Below the pieces are notes generated by a model. The model made no database searches. It was given only the letters and a program-made list of their open reading frames with translations, and was not told where the DNA came from. Shown here piece after piece: positions 23,415 through 34,294 of a stretch of DNA of 64,000 nt (position 1 is the first letter of the stretch; every line of letters begins with the position of its first letter). The stretch is from Lepidodermella squamata (Eukaryota; Animalia; Gastrotricha). The stretch is taken from the NCBI GenBank assembly GCA_047495785.1, contig JBLDXI010000002.1, positions 186,001 to 250,000 on the forward strand, read 5' to 3'. Made by a program: the position numbers and the translations under genes.

Positions 23415-26041
23415 ATGACCGTTAAGCTTCAGATTGGCTTGTTAATCCTACTGGTTCAACGTCTAAACTTCGTCGAATTAAAAGACATCCCGGAAGTAAC
23501 CTCTGAAAAAGCCTTATTCGAGCTGGCGAATCAATACTTGGACATTCAGGATTACGAGAAAGCCTACGAGAAATTTACGATACTATTAAAAAAGACAAAT
23601 ATAAAACACGAATTAGGCTTTGCTGAAGAAGTTCCCAAACTCGAAATTATCGACAAACTTCAACTTGTGACAACCAAGCTGAAGCGATATCGTGAATCGC
23701 TTGAGTACTGCAACGAAGCGATCAAACTATCGAAATCTGATGCTGATCGCAAGAAGTACGAGACTAAGAAGAGGATTCTTGAAGTTGCCTTGGCGAAATC
23801 CTTACCCACAGAAAGTTATGTCAAACAAGGTGATGATGGACGATTATTCGCTACTGGGCATGAATATTACGAAAAGGAGAACTATACCGAATCTTATGCG
23901 ACCCTACTCAAGGCTTGGGAAATCTACAACAAGACGAATGAGTTAGGAATCAAGCATGGGGTTCAAGAGTCTTACATCTACGTATTCCTTATGCAATCTC
24001 TCTTCAAGCTTGGAAAAGCCGAAGAAGCAATTGGCATGGCAAGGGTCGCCCTCACTCGAAAGGACTTTGCTGAGCATCACGAGTACTTCAAAACGGAACT
24101 GAAAGCTTTCTCGAACGTCATTACAGATGATAAGTTGAAGCAGAAGCTCAAGAGTTTTAACGCTCACACCAAGGCTGAGCGGATTGAGATTACCGTATTT
24201 CTCGAAAATTTACCGCGGGCTATATTTATGAACAAATGATTTTTGATTCGGGTTGTATTAGGGAGTGGGGATATATACGGGTGTGCTGTTTAATTGCGAA
24301 TCATCACAAAAAGCCGCGAGCAATTCGTATTAAGACGACGTTTTTAGATTGTTTTATTTGTCGATTCAGTGAAAATGCGAGGGAATACTTGCGGTGCCGC
24401 TTTCGCTTGTCTTCTTCGGACACCTGGACGGAATCTTGAAGACGATCAGGAGAGCCAGCCATCATCGATTCCAGAAGGTTAAAACGATTAAGAAGGATAT
24501 GAAAATGTTAAAATAAAACTCTGTGTCTCAGCTAGTGAATGCTGAATGGGCATTTTCTGCTGGCTTATGAATGGTGCCAAGATCAGACGTTGCGAAGCTG
24601 CTTACGCGATAGCTAATCACTGATTACGATAATGCGTCATTAATAAGGCTTTTCTTTTGTTCCAACGCATGCTTCGCCCAAATTAAAATAGCTGTGGTAC
24701 AATTTCGAGGCCTGGGTTAAATATGAACAAACGATTTTTTCGTCGGGTTGTATTAGGGAGCGGGGATATATACAGGTGTGTCGTATATTTTCGAGAAATA
24801 CGGTACCAAGGAACTTGCTGCAACTAAGGTTTATGAATTATGTCGGGCAGAGCACTACAACGAAGTAAGGAAACTTCTATCGGCAAATCCGAAGCTTTAC
24901 TGCAGGCTGGATAATCGAAACCGGCATCCGATGCTTATGCTCTCGCCGATCAAGGAGGAAATTCTGAGTTTGGATCCTTTCGTGTTTTTCGTCCATGATA
25001 TATTGAAGCAGAAGGACATTGATAAATTGGTTGACATGGCGAAGAAAAAGCTGAGAACGGCTGCGGTGACTGGGAAAGCTGGTGAAGGTGATGTTGATTT
25101 ATTGGTTCGCCGTGCTGAGCATGCTTGGGTTTACGCGTCGAAAATGCCAATGCTGACGATGCGGATCGAGGCGATTACTGGGTTGAATTCTTACAAGGAC
25201 GGATCTGAGATGTATCAAGTCGGCAGGTAATTTTGCCCGCTTTTAGCGAAAAGTCGTGAGCCCTGAGGCTGTGGAATTTTTATTTTTGGGCAAATTAATA
25301 AGGACAGGCCATAGGGACAGGCAGTTTGAAAAAATCAGCGGACCGTCAAAGCAGCAACTTTTTCAATTTGCGACATAACAGCAGAAACCTTTTACCCAGT
25401 GAGTTTTCGCTGTTTTGTCGCAGAATAAATAATTTGCTGTTTTGTCGCATTCGCTGTTCTGCGAAGTTGCTGTTTTGTGCTGTTACCGAAAAACCGCACT
25501 GAAAATACTGTTTTGTGCCGTTACCGAAAAACCGCACTGAAAATACTCTAATTTCGAATTGAATTTTTTTTAAATTAATGAATTTACAAAATATTACCTG
25601 ATTTATCCAACAATTTGCAGATATGAAATCGGTGGGCACTACTCGCCTCACACGGACTATTTCGCCGATGAGCCAGCTGGTGGTAACAGAATCGCAACGC
25701 TCCTGCTTTACTTCAACGACGTCGAAGAAGGAGGAGGTACTGTATTCACCGATCTTAAACTATACGCAGATGCTATGACAGGCGGTGGCTTGTTCTGGTT
25801 CAACATGCATCGCAACAACACACTGGACAAGCGAACGACCCACGCTGGTTGCCCGGTGATCCGCGGCGAGAAATGGGTCGCTAATCTATGGTTCCGCTTC
25901 TACGGTCAATATTTCCATAAACCGAGTGGGAAGACTCCCGATGTGCCATTTGAGCTCAAAGATATGAATCTGCCAGACTGGATGAAGTGGATGCCGTATC
26001 GAAAACGCGTCGAGGACAGAAAATTAATCATTCCTATGTGA
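23415..26041 (+). CDS. P4HA: Prolyl 4-hydroxylase alpha-subunit-like protein (signal peptide, TPR-like repeats, 2OG-Fe(II) domain); coding 23415-24192, 24806-25226, 25621-26041, interrupted by a DNA transposon
   Basis: YELCR, PIKEEILSLDP, GGHYSPHTD (HxD), GNRIATLLLYFNDVEEGGGTVF, HAGCPVIRGEKWVAN; phase-2 intron 25227-25620. Confidence 0.88.
24193..24803. mobile_element. 611-bp non-autonomous Tc1/mariner-pogo-type element inserted in the P4H coding sequence
   Basis: TIR ccgtatttctcgaaaat, TA duplication (24191-2, 24804-5), internal ~60-bp direct repeat; excision restores the frame EITKELAA. Confidence 0.92.
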
Positions 26042-26156
26042 CCAAACAGTAAAAGAAAATAAAGCTTAAATTCACGGACCCAACAGAAAAACAGAAAATT
26101 CCACCTTAACTTTGTTGAGCGTCAGGAAATTTTACTGATTTTTTCGTGGTATAGAA

Positions 26157-27140
26157 ATGAGTCAGGCGAAGAAACGATTCAAAGCGCTGGCTTTCTCAGC
26201 TCTCCTGCTGATTGGGCATTTTCGGGTTAACGCCAATGTGATTCGTATCAGACGTCAACCGGACCTGATACAGTTCTCCCCTGTTGCGGCTGCTCCAATC
26301 GCCAAAAAAGTGCAACGACCCGCCTATTTGTTTCCTCCATCATCGATCGGGCAATACTATCCTCTACAGCCTGCTCCGAATCCTCCACAGCCTGCTCCGA
26401 ATCCTTCAAGCAAGATAGAATCTCCGGGGCCCCTAGCAAACCCTTGGAGTGATGCCCAGCCGAAGCCCGCAGCCAAGCCGCCAGTAGATAAAGCCCTGGT
26501 TAACAAAGTATTAGGACCTGCCAACATACCTGCGGCTCGTCGCCAGAGTCTTTCGGATCTTCCCGAGACGCCGACCAAAGTTAAGGAACTGCCGACGAGT
26601 TTCAGCGAGCCGTCATCGCCAACTGGCGTGGGACCACTATCCCCAGTAATTACCGACCCAGAAGCTAGAGCGGAGTATATACAAGGAAATAACCTCGGCA
26701 AACCGAGATGGAGCAAGTTAAGAATTATTGGACATATGGCATTTGCAGCATTCATTATAGCCGCTACCGCTGCTCTGATCTATAATTTTGCAGCAGGCAG
26801 CTCGACGGTGCCTGCTTTCGTCGCTAAGGAGCGAGCTCTTGATCTCCAAATTCGCACTCAGATGCTGCAACAGGTTAACAGGCAATCTGTCGAAGGCCGA
26901 TCACTAAGTGGGAAGGCAGATGATGAAGACAGCGATTTAGGGGATAGGTTACTTCTAGCTGGTGTTAGGGACGATTCGATATTCGACGCAGCCGTCGTCG
27001 CTAGAAGCTACCTAGAACAGCAAGGGTCTTCTGCTGTTTTACAAGTATTGCCAAGTCCGGACGCCGCAACTTCATCAAGAGACAAGTTTTTAAGAAAAAT
27101 TGTTGGTGAATCGGATTATGATGGTGGGAATTCCCTATGA
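26157..27140 (+). CDS. Unknown array family, type A (327 aa)
   Basis: Signal peptide, RIRR, Pro-rich region, KPRWSKLR + hydrophobic helix, VEGR, VARSYL..QG..LPSP..DYDGG. Confidence 0.85.
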   Translation: MSQAKKRFKALAFSALLLIGHFRVNANVIRIRRQPDLIQFSPVAAAPIAKKVQRPAYLFPPSSIGQYYPLQPAPNPPQPAPNPSSKIESPGPLANPWSDAQPKPAAKPPVDKALVNKVLGPANIPAARRQSLSDLPETPTKVKELPTSFSEPSSPTGVGPLSPVITDPEARAEYIQGNNLGKPRWSKLRIIGHMAFAAFIIAATAALIYNFAAGSSTVPAFVAKERALDLQIRTQMLQQVNRQSVEGRSLSGKADDEDSDLGDRLLLAGVRDDSIFDAAVVARSYLEQQGSSAVLQVLPSPDAATSSRDKFLRKIVGESDYDGGNSL

Positions 27141-27471
27141 TCTGCCGAAATAAACTATAATTTGTTCAATGTTTTGCTCGATTCTATTGACGTGCTTTCA
27201 TAGCTTTCAAAGGCTGGGAATATTCCTTTCTAACAATTTCAGCAGATTCTAGTAAATCTGAACTCTGAACTCTCAATCGGTTTTATCAAGTTATTATCAT
27301 CAAAACAGGTATTTGGTCAGTTGTCTGAGGAGAGCAAGAACAAAATACTTCTTATCAGCGTGGGAAATACCTAATTTAATAGTTGCACTTAGCAACGTAT
27401 GGCTGTCGTTTTTCAGCACGATTTAGCCCTTCATAACTCTCCAGTTCATATCCTCATTTTGTAATGCGACA

Positions 27472-28203
27472 ATGTTTACCCCGTTTCTGCTCCTAATTCT
27501 TGCAGTGGGAGTCAATCCACTGAAGTACACCCTTATTTTCAGCGATGAATTCGACGGAGGTAACACAATAGACTCGGCAAAATGGAACGTTGTCGACCGC
27601 CCGAGTTCTCATAACGGCGAGTTACAATGGTACTCTTATGAAGATACCTTTCAAGAAAACGGCTACCTGTTCATCAGAAGCCAGCAGCGATTCGTCTCGG
27701 GATGGGGGACAACCCGCGACTACAGCTCTGGAATGATCGATTCAAGGGAGAAGTTCAGCTTCACGTATGGAGAAGTTGAGATTCGGGCGAAGCTACCGAA
27801 AGGTTCAGGTCTCTGGCCTGCCTTGTGGCTGCTACCTCACACCAACTGGCCGCCAGAGATCGACATTATGGAGGCTCGTGGCGATCTGCCCAACAAGGTA
27901 ACCCACGCTGTTCACTTTGGTTACTCGCCTTACAACGACTACCGCTCAACTGAATTCTGGGGCCCGGACTTCACGGCTGATTTTCACAACTTCAAGGTGA
28001 TCTGGGATCCTAGCCAAGTTACATTCTTCGTCGATGGAAGGGAGACTTTCAAAATCACAGATCCGGCCCAGATTTCCCACGAGCCAATGCATTTGATTAT
28101 GAACGTGGCTGTTGGTGGTTTCTACCCGGGCAATCCTGATGGTTCAACCCCGTTCCCAACCCACATGGTCATCGATTGGGTTCGCGTTCATCGCTGGCAG
28201 TGA
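27472..28203 (+). CDS. Secreted GH16 beta-1,3-glucanase, paralogue 2, intronless
   Basis: Signal peptide, GLWPALW, catalytic EIDIME, highly similar to 22053-22811. Confidence 0.95.
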   Translation: MFTPFLLLILAVGVNPLKYTLIFSDEFDGGNTIDSAKWNVVDRPSSHNGELQWYSYEDTFQENGYLFIRSQQRFVSGWGTTRDYSSGMIDSREKFSFTYGEVEIRAKLPKGSGLWPALWLLPHTNWPPEIDIMEARGDLPNKVTHAVHFGYSPYNDYRSTEFWGPDFTADFHNFKVIWDPSQVTFFVDGRETFKITDPAQISHEPMHLIMNVAVGGFYPGNPDGSTPFPTHMVIDWVRVHRWQ

Positions 28204-28301
28204 AACTAATCAATTAATGACTAACAACTGCACACAAGCAAATAAAAAACCCAGCTTAACCTTTCTTTTGAATGTTTAAATAATTATTTGAAATCACAGC
28301 C

Positions 28302-29173
28302 ATGACAATCCGCAAGAAGAATCTCTTTTGGGTGTTTTTCTCAGTTATTTTAGTCTGTAAGCAGCTTTGCGTTCAGGTTCATGGGCTTCAATTACCAAGG
28401 TCGCAGTTGTCACACCATGGCGATGTTGTAATTGGTGTTTTGAAACGCACGAAGCGAATGGATCCGCCGAACGTAATCTACGGAGGTTCGATGACGGGGT
28501 TCCCAATCCAAATCCGAAAAGTGGAAATACAGCCTCCATCAGCTCCAGATGCACCGGTTTCGATAATCGGACAACCGGATGGGCCGTCGTCAAATCAGGA
28601 TTCGCAGCTTGTACAAGTTGGCAAAGACAAAGCTTGGCGGGAGGGGAATGATCAACTCATCAAGAATACCAATCTGCCAGGGCTATTTTCAGACACCAAG
28701 CGAAGCTACCAGGGGCTGGAAAAGATGCCAAGTGGCGTAAAGATGTTCGGAAAGCTGCTGTCAGCTGTAATGATGGCATTTTCCTTGATGGCAATCACTT
28801 TTGCTGTGTCTACGCTTTTGTCTAAATCTCCGAGGAATTTAGTTCAGGTTGAAGCTGGTCGACAAGACAGAGAGATATTCGCATTGCAAAGCTGAGCCAG
28901 GCAAACGGGAATCTTCTCGAGGGTCGTCAGGTCGACTACAATTCTCTGGGTGAGAATTTGGAATCTCGAGTTTTTTCCAACTTGGAAAATCTAAGTTCTG
29001 ACGATCCTCTGGTGCAGGGAGCTAAAACTGCTAAAGATTACGTAGCCAAGGATGGGTTCGCGTTAATACCTTCTGGCCCTATCGTCTACCTTGATGCGCT
29101 GGAATCGGATATTTTCCTTTCGCAGCTAATTCCAATTACAAACTATGACGCCGGGATCCTTCCAGGAAAATAA
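28302..29173 (+). pseudogene. Unknown array family, type B, frameshifted near 28840-28852 (pseudogene or sequence error)
   Basis: Signal peptide, RTKR, hydrophobic helix; the alternative frame reads SWSTRQRDIRIAKLSQ..LLEGR..LESRVF..GAKTAKDYV..NYDAG. Confidence 0.78.
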
Positions 29174-29353
29174 AACTATGAATGTTCAGTTTCGATATTC
29201 CCAGCTTCGAAAGAATTTGAAATTCAAATAAATAAATCTCAAAAAATCACTCAGATATAAAATCCTGGAATTATGAATTGTTAAAAGTCTCCCTTAATAA
29301 ACGTTTAGTATTAGAGCATAGCTGGTTTCTCTGATCGGCAGAATTCACTACAC

Positions 29354-30583
29354 ATGACGGGTCTGCGAAGTGTCACAACAGCGTTGTTCTTCTCAATTTT
29401 GCTCATATGTGAGCAATTCAATGCATGCTTCACCGCTTGGCCATTCTTCGGCCTCTTTCAACGCCACAACAGACGAGTGAGACGACAACCTGAGAATCCA
29501 TCACCAACGATCATGCCTCGCTACACGCTTCGAATGCCTAACTTGTTTGCAACTCCAAAGCCGGCGCAAGTTGAGCAGCAAATGGATGAGCCGACGGTAA
29601 CCTTAAGAGGTACGGGAGAAATCACGTGGTTCCCCGACCCACTCAGATCCCAAGTGAACAAACCAACGCGAGTCGAGCCCGACTATAACAAGCCCATTCC
29701 TGCATCTGTTTACAAGCGTTTAGGTCCGGAAGCTCAGGCGATCATAGCTGGGGATGAAGATTGGATTTTCGATGAGCCTATTACCCCTGCACCACCTCCA
29801 TCACCGGCTCTAGACGTCAAAACCCTCGTGGATCAACTCGAGGTGAAAGCTAAGGCTGAGAGCCCTTCTTCCAGCAAAATCGTAGCCGAGGCAAGTATCC
29901 AAGACTTGATACCTCAAGAGAGGCCGGTTAGTCAGGTTAGCGATCAGCAAGCATGGGAGGTGAGTAAACTGCCCGGCTCACAGTTAAGCAAAGCATCTCT
30001 GCCAGACATTCCAGCAGCTAATGTCGAAGCGCCATCTTCCCCAGTGAAAGCACATTCGACGCTCGACGTTGCCGCCGAAACTGCGGCCGAATCGACTCCA
30101 TTCATTGCAGAGTCGGCATCGGTTGAGATAGCAGTTAAGCAATCGTGGTATAACCGCAAGCTCTTCCGCGCCATCTTACTCGTGACAGCAATAGTCGTGT
30201 CCGCTGCAATTATCACAGGCATCGTTATGTGCATACTCAAATGCGGCGGTGAGAGTTCGAATGACAGTCCCGCTCCCGCAGTAAAATCTCCGAAAGACTG
30301 GAGGGACTTTGACACAAAATCTCGAATCGATATTTTGAAGGCAACCCAAGTTTCAGCTGAGGGTCGAATGATGCACGATACCGAAGAGCTTACGGCTAGA
30401 ATTTTTCGAAAAAGAAGGGAAAAGGGCGATCTAATTCGCGAAGGATTAGTCGTTGCGAGAAATTTCTTGATGCAAGGCAAGGTGGTTGTGATTAACGGAT
30501 TCCCTAGCCCGGATTACTCGAAGCTCAAAAATGATGAATTTCTCGTCTTTAGATTAACTGATAAACTTAATTACGAAGTATGA
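29354..30583 (+). CDS. Unknown array family, type C (409 aa)
   Basis: Signal peptide, RVRR, LGPEAQ, KQSWYNRKLFR + helix, DWRDFDTKSRIDIL, AEGR, VARNFL..FPSP. Confidence 0.88.
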   Translation: MTGLRSVTTALFFSILLICEQFNACFTAWPFFGLFQRHNRRVRRQPENPSPTIMPRYTLRMPNLFATPKPAQVEQQMDEPTVTLRGTGEITWFPDPLRSQVNKPTRVEPDYNKPIPASVYKRLGPEAQAIIAGDEDWIFDEPITPAPPPSPALDVKTLVDQLEVKAKAESPSSSKIVAEASIQDLIPQERPVSQVSDQQAWEVSKLPGSQLSKASLPDIPAANVEAPSSPVKAHSTLDVAAETAAESTPFIAESASVEIAVKQSWYNRKLFRAILLVTAIVVSAAIITGIVMCILKCGGESSNDSPAPAVKSPKDWRDFDTKSRIDILKATQVSAEGRMMHDTEELTARIFRKRREKGDLIREGLVVARNFLMQGKVVVINGFPSPDYSKLKNDEFLVFRLTDKLNYEV

Positions 30584-30653
30584 GATGAATAAAAAAGTCC
30601 GGCTTAATATTCAGTTATCCTGCTAGAGTGAAGGTTTTTACAGGAATTCGAAA

Positions 30654-31859
30654 ATGGTGCGCTACAGGAGGTTCACGTCGCTCATTTTGTCAGTTCTGAT
30701 TTTGATAGATCAGTTTCATGCTGATGTGTTTCATGGTCATACCCGCGTCAAACGCCAGCCTCCTCAGCCCTTGCCAGGTATCGCTGCAGATGAAATGCCT
30801 GAAGTATTGAAGAAATACGCCGGTAAAAGTAAACCCGCTAATTACCCCCCAACGTCTTATCTTAAGCCTTCCAAGCCTCAAACTCAAAATCTTGATGTGC
30901 CTGTGATCGACCCGAGCCAGCAAATTCCTGCTTCAGTTCAAGAGCAAATGAGCCCTGAAGTTCAAGTTTTAGTTGGCGGAGAAGGTGTGGTACCTAGCGT
31001 GACCTCTTCTTCCCAACAAAACCTCGCTCCAGCACCCGAAGTTTCAGCACAGCCAGGTTCTGAGAAAATTATTGCAAAAGCTGATCTTCGAGACTACACA
31101 TTCGGTTCCACGGAATCGATTGGAGAAATGAGCAACGCCGGGAGTCTCGAGAACATTCCGAACTTTAACAAAGGTTCAATGACAAACTTGTTGCCAGCAG
31201 GCAAGGAACTTCCCCCACCAGGTGAACCTCTAGAGAGGTCTGCGTCATTGACGAACCTCGCCAAAGATCCAAAAACGCCCCCTCTCAGGAAATCTCAATC
31301 GATGTCTGATTTAAACAAAGGGAAACCTGAATACGATCTTGGGAAGCCCGTTGGTGGAACAGCGGTCGCTAAATCGTGGAAAAACCAGCCACTTTTCCGC
31401 GCTATTATCCTGTTTTCTACTATGCTGGCTGGCGTTGCGGCTGCTTTTGTGGCCGTTTATGCTTTCGCAGTGCTGATTAAACCTATGCTGAATCCAAAAC
31501 CTGAATCAGCTGAACCTTACAGCAGACAGCCAAACGACTGGAGGGATTTCGACACCAAAGCTCGACTCGACATTCTGAAGCAGGCCTCAAGAACAACCGA
31601 AGGTCGCTTGAGTTCAGGTGAAAGTAACGATAGCGGAATTACAGGAAGGATTTTACAAATGAAGGAGGATGGTGATATAATCAGTTCTGGAGTGATTATT
31701 GCGAGGAATTTCCTAAAGCTCGGTCCAGTGGTTATGATCAACAGTCTACCTTCCCCGAATTTGAATACAATTCAAAGCGACAGTTTCCTAGTAGCCATAA
31801 TCGTCGGGGAAGATTACGATGGAGGCAGTACCCCTTTTACTATAAATGACTTAATTTAA
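30654..31859 (+). CDS. Unknown array family, type D (401 aa)
   Basis: Signal peptide, RVKR, MSPEVQ, KSWKNQPLFR + helix, TEGR, IARNFL..LPSP..DYDGG. Confidence 0.88.
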   Translation: MVRYRRFTSLILSVLILIDQFHADVFHGHTRVKRQPPQPLPGIAADEMPEVLKKYAGKSKPANYPPTSYLKPSKPQTQNLDVPVIDPSQQIPASVQEQMSPEVQVLVGGEGVVPSVTSSSQQNLAPAPEVSAQPGSEKIIAKADLRDYTFGSTESIGEMSNAGSLENIPNFNKGSMTNLLPAGKELPPPGEPLERSASLTNLAKDPKTPPLRKSQSMSDLNKGKPEYDLGKPVGGTAVAKSWKNQPLFRAIILFSTMLAGVAAAFVAVYAFAVLIKPMLNPKPESAEPYSRQPNDWRDFDTKARLDILKQASRTTEGRLSSGESNDSGITGRILQMKEDGDIISSGVIIARNFLKLGPVVMINSLPSPNLNTIQSDSFLVAIIVGEDYDGGSTPFTINDLI

Positions 31860-31931
31860 CAATAAAAAACCCTTCCTAATGAAGAGAATGAAGACAATCA
31901 GATTTTGCTGCGTAGTGAATTTCATGCAGCC

Positions 31932-32915
31932 ATGAGGCGGAATTTCGCCGTGATATTTTCAATTTTGATTTTCAACGAGCCTTCAGCGGGTGTCTTCGAA
32001 TTTTTGAAAAGCCAACCTTCGCGGAAATCGCAGCTACAGATTCGGCCATCGATTCCTGTGAGCCAACTGAAGGCTGAATCCAATGATGCCTCAACATTTG
32101 TTTACAATCAGTACAGCCCCGAAGCGCAGGCGATTGTTAACGCTTTCGAGCAGCAACAACAAAGTGAAGCCGCGCCAGTTTTTGTTCACAATGCTGATAA
32201 TCCTATAGCTGTCGACATCGTGTCAAATTTTAAAGGTTCCAGTGATAGCTTAGGCTCTTCGGTAACTTCGAAATGGAGCTCAGAGTCTGCTGGGTCTCGC
32301 AAGAGCCTTGCTGAGGCTGATCTTCGAGATCTAATGGTCGAACAACAGACAGGCTTGCTGACAAGGGTCAATTCGGCCGAATCTATCGCCTCCACCATTC
32401 AGATATCGGGAAATCAAGCTACTCCAGAACAAGCCGTAGCGAAATCTTGGTGGAATAGGAAATTGTTCCGGGGCTTAATCTACGCAGGCGTTACTGTCGT
32501 TGTACTGGCAGCTACAGCCGGTGCTATATTTGGTTTCTACAAGTTAGTTCAATTTCTGTCTAATCAGTTGAAGGTTGAAAAAATTGAAACTAAAACCCCG
32601 ATTAATTTGATTGATTTGGACAAGAAAGCTCGACTTGATATTTTGCAACAGAGTTCAAAAGATGCCGAAGGGAGATCAATTCAACTCAGAATAGACACCG
32701 AGGAACTTACCGCGCGAATTCTTCATGCTAGTTACGAGGAAGACGAAGATATTTTCCGCCTTGGAGCTAGAGCAGCGAATGATTATTTAAAACTTGGGCC
32801 TGTGGTAATGATAAATAGTTTCCCAAGCTCAGATGGGAACATCGCCCGAACTGATAGATTTATAGCCGGAATTTTCGATGAGCTTCATTATGATGGAGCA
32901 AACTTATATGAATAA
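31932..32915 (+). CDS. Unknown array family, type E (start reassigned to ATG 31932, 327 aa)
   Basis: MRRNFAVIFSILIF signal, YSPEAQ, KSWWNRKLFR + helix, AEGR, HYDGA. Confidence 0.85.
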   Translation: MRRNFAVIFSILIFNEPSAGVFEFLKSQPSRKSQLQIRPSIPVSQLKAESNDASTFVYNQYSPEAQAIVNAFEQQQQSEAAPVFVHNADNPIAVDIVSNFKGSSDSLGSSVTSKWSSESAGSRKSLAEADLRDLMVEQQTGLLTRVNSAESIASTIQISGNQATPEQAVAKSWWNRKLFRGLIYAGVTVVVLAATAGAIFGFYKLVQFLSNQLKVEKIETKTPINLIDLDKKARLDILQQSSKDAEGRSIQLRIDTEELTARILHASYEEDEDIFRLGARAANDYLKLGPVVMINSFPSSDGNIARTDRFIAGIFDELHYDGANLYE

Positions 32916-33119
32916 AAAAGCTTTCCTATGCTGCTTAAACAATAACTTCACCAATCTTAGGTTCTCCTACTCCATTCACTCCATTCATCTGGAAATAAAT
33001 CTGGAAATAATGCGTTTAAGCCACGAACAGTTTAGATTGTAATGTTCATTTTGAAAAAGTCTCCCTTAACTTATAAAATGGACAAAATAGTTACGGAAAC
33101 TACCGTCTCTTGCCGCACA

Positions 33120-34244
33120 ATGCGACGACACTATGCCTTGATTCTGGCAGCCTTATTTCTGTCAGAGCATTTCCACGTTTCAGCAAATCGTATGCGCTTT
33201 GATGGCGGCTACGCTCAGTTTTGGAAAATAAAACGCTCTAAACGACAGGTTGCTCCGGGTAGCGAAATGCCGAAACAATCTCCTGGCAGCGTTATTCCTG
33301 ATTCTGCCAATAGCGGAATTATCCCCCCGGCTGTATCAAGCAAATTGCCGCCTGAGGCTCAAGCCATGCTCAAGCCTTATGTATCGCCAAATCAGATTCA
33401 ACCTTTACCCGCCGTTAATTCAGATCCGACGAATTCTGTGGTAGGAAGCTGGGGTGCAGATTGGGACCCAAATCCAGCAACTCTGGAGGAAATGGGCGAT
33501 CCATCAGTGCCTTTACAAGGTCCTTTCAAGAGGCATGAATCCGTTCTAGCCGAGGTTAATCTGCAGGAAACTATTTCGCGAACATCGTCAGTGAGTTCAG
33601 TGGATGACTCGCCATCTTCTTCCGCTGATAGCTTCAAAACTGCTAAAACGAAATTCACAATAGGTTCGAATCAGGATTTAACCAAGATATTCAAAGGCTC
33701 GAAAGAAAGCTCGCCAACAGGCGGGTCAGAAACGAATCTAGCATCTCAATCAGTTGATATTGCAGTTAAAAAATCTTGGTGGGACCGAAAGCTGTTCCGA
33801 GGCTTAATCTACGCAGGCGTTACCATCGTCGCGCTGGCAGCTACCGCCGGTTTCGCATTTGGAGTTTACAAGTTAGTGGAATATTTAATCACTCCATCGG
33901 AAGATGTGAAAAGTAAACCTAAACCCCAGAATAATTGGATTGACTTGGACAAGAAAGCTCGGCTAGATATATTGCAACAAAGTTCAAAAGATGTTGAAGG
34001 GCGACTTTCAAGACATGAAAGCCAGACGGAGGAGTTGACGGCTCGAATCTTAGTGGCTGATCGTGAGGATGATGACTTGTTTGCACGTGGTGCTGCTGTC
34101 GCGAGGAATTTCCTATTGCAAGGTTCCGTAGTAATGCTGAATACGTTCCCAAGCCCGAACACCCGGCTAATTATTAACGATCGATTTTCAGTGCTCAATA
34201 TAATTTCATCAGATTATAGCGGTGGAAGTGTGCCTCTTGAATAA
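33120..34244 (+). CDS. Unknown array family, type F copy 1 (start reassigned to ATG 33120, 374 aa)
   Basis: MRRHYALILAALFL signal matches the starts of 37770 and 43622; RSKR; KKSWWDRKLFR + helix; VEGR; DYSGG. Confidence 0.88.
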   Translation: MRRHYALILAALFLSEHFHVSANRMRFDGGYAQFWKIKRSKRQVAPGSEMPKQSPGSVIPDSANSGIIPPAVSSKLPPEAQAMLKPYVSPNQIQPLPAVNSDPTNSVVGSWGADWDPNPATLEEMGDPSVPLQGPFKRHESVLAEVNLQETISRTSSVSSVDDSPSSSADSFKTAKTKFTIGSNQDLTKIFKGSKESSPTGGSETNLASQSVDIAVKKSWWDRKLFRGLIYAGVTIVALAATAGFAFGVYKLVEYLITPSEDVKSKPKPQNNWIDLDKKARLDILQQSSKDVEGRLSRHESQTEELTARILVADREDDDLFARGAAVARNFLLQGSVVMLNTFPSPNTRLIINDRFSVLNIISSDYSGGSVPLE

Positions 34245-34294
34245 AAACGGTGGACCGTTCTGATAATTCTCTAAATCTTCAACATTTGTTCAGC

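Noticed and set aside
15674-27140. Isomerase + P4H as a plant-like hydroxyproline arabinosylation pathway
   Set aside because: That pathway uses UDP-L-arabinose, not D-arabinose-5-phosphate, and no glycosyltransferase is present
12339-28203. Bacterial contamination or chimeric contig as the source of bacterial-like genes
   Set aside because: The isomerase has spliceosomal introns, the GH16 genes have AATAAA signals, and all are interleaved with animal genes and eukaryotic transposons
31905-33119. ORF-track starts at 31905 and 33042
   Set aside because: Paralogue comparison places the signal-peptide starts at ATG 31932 and 33120
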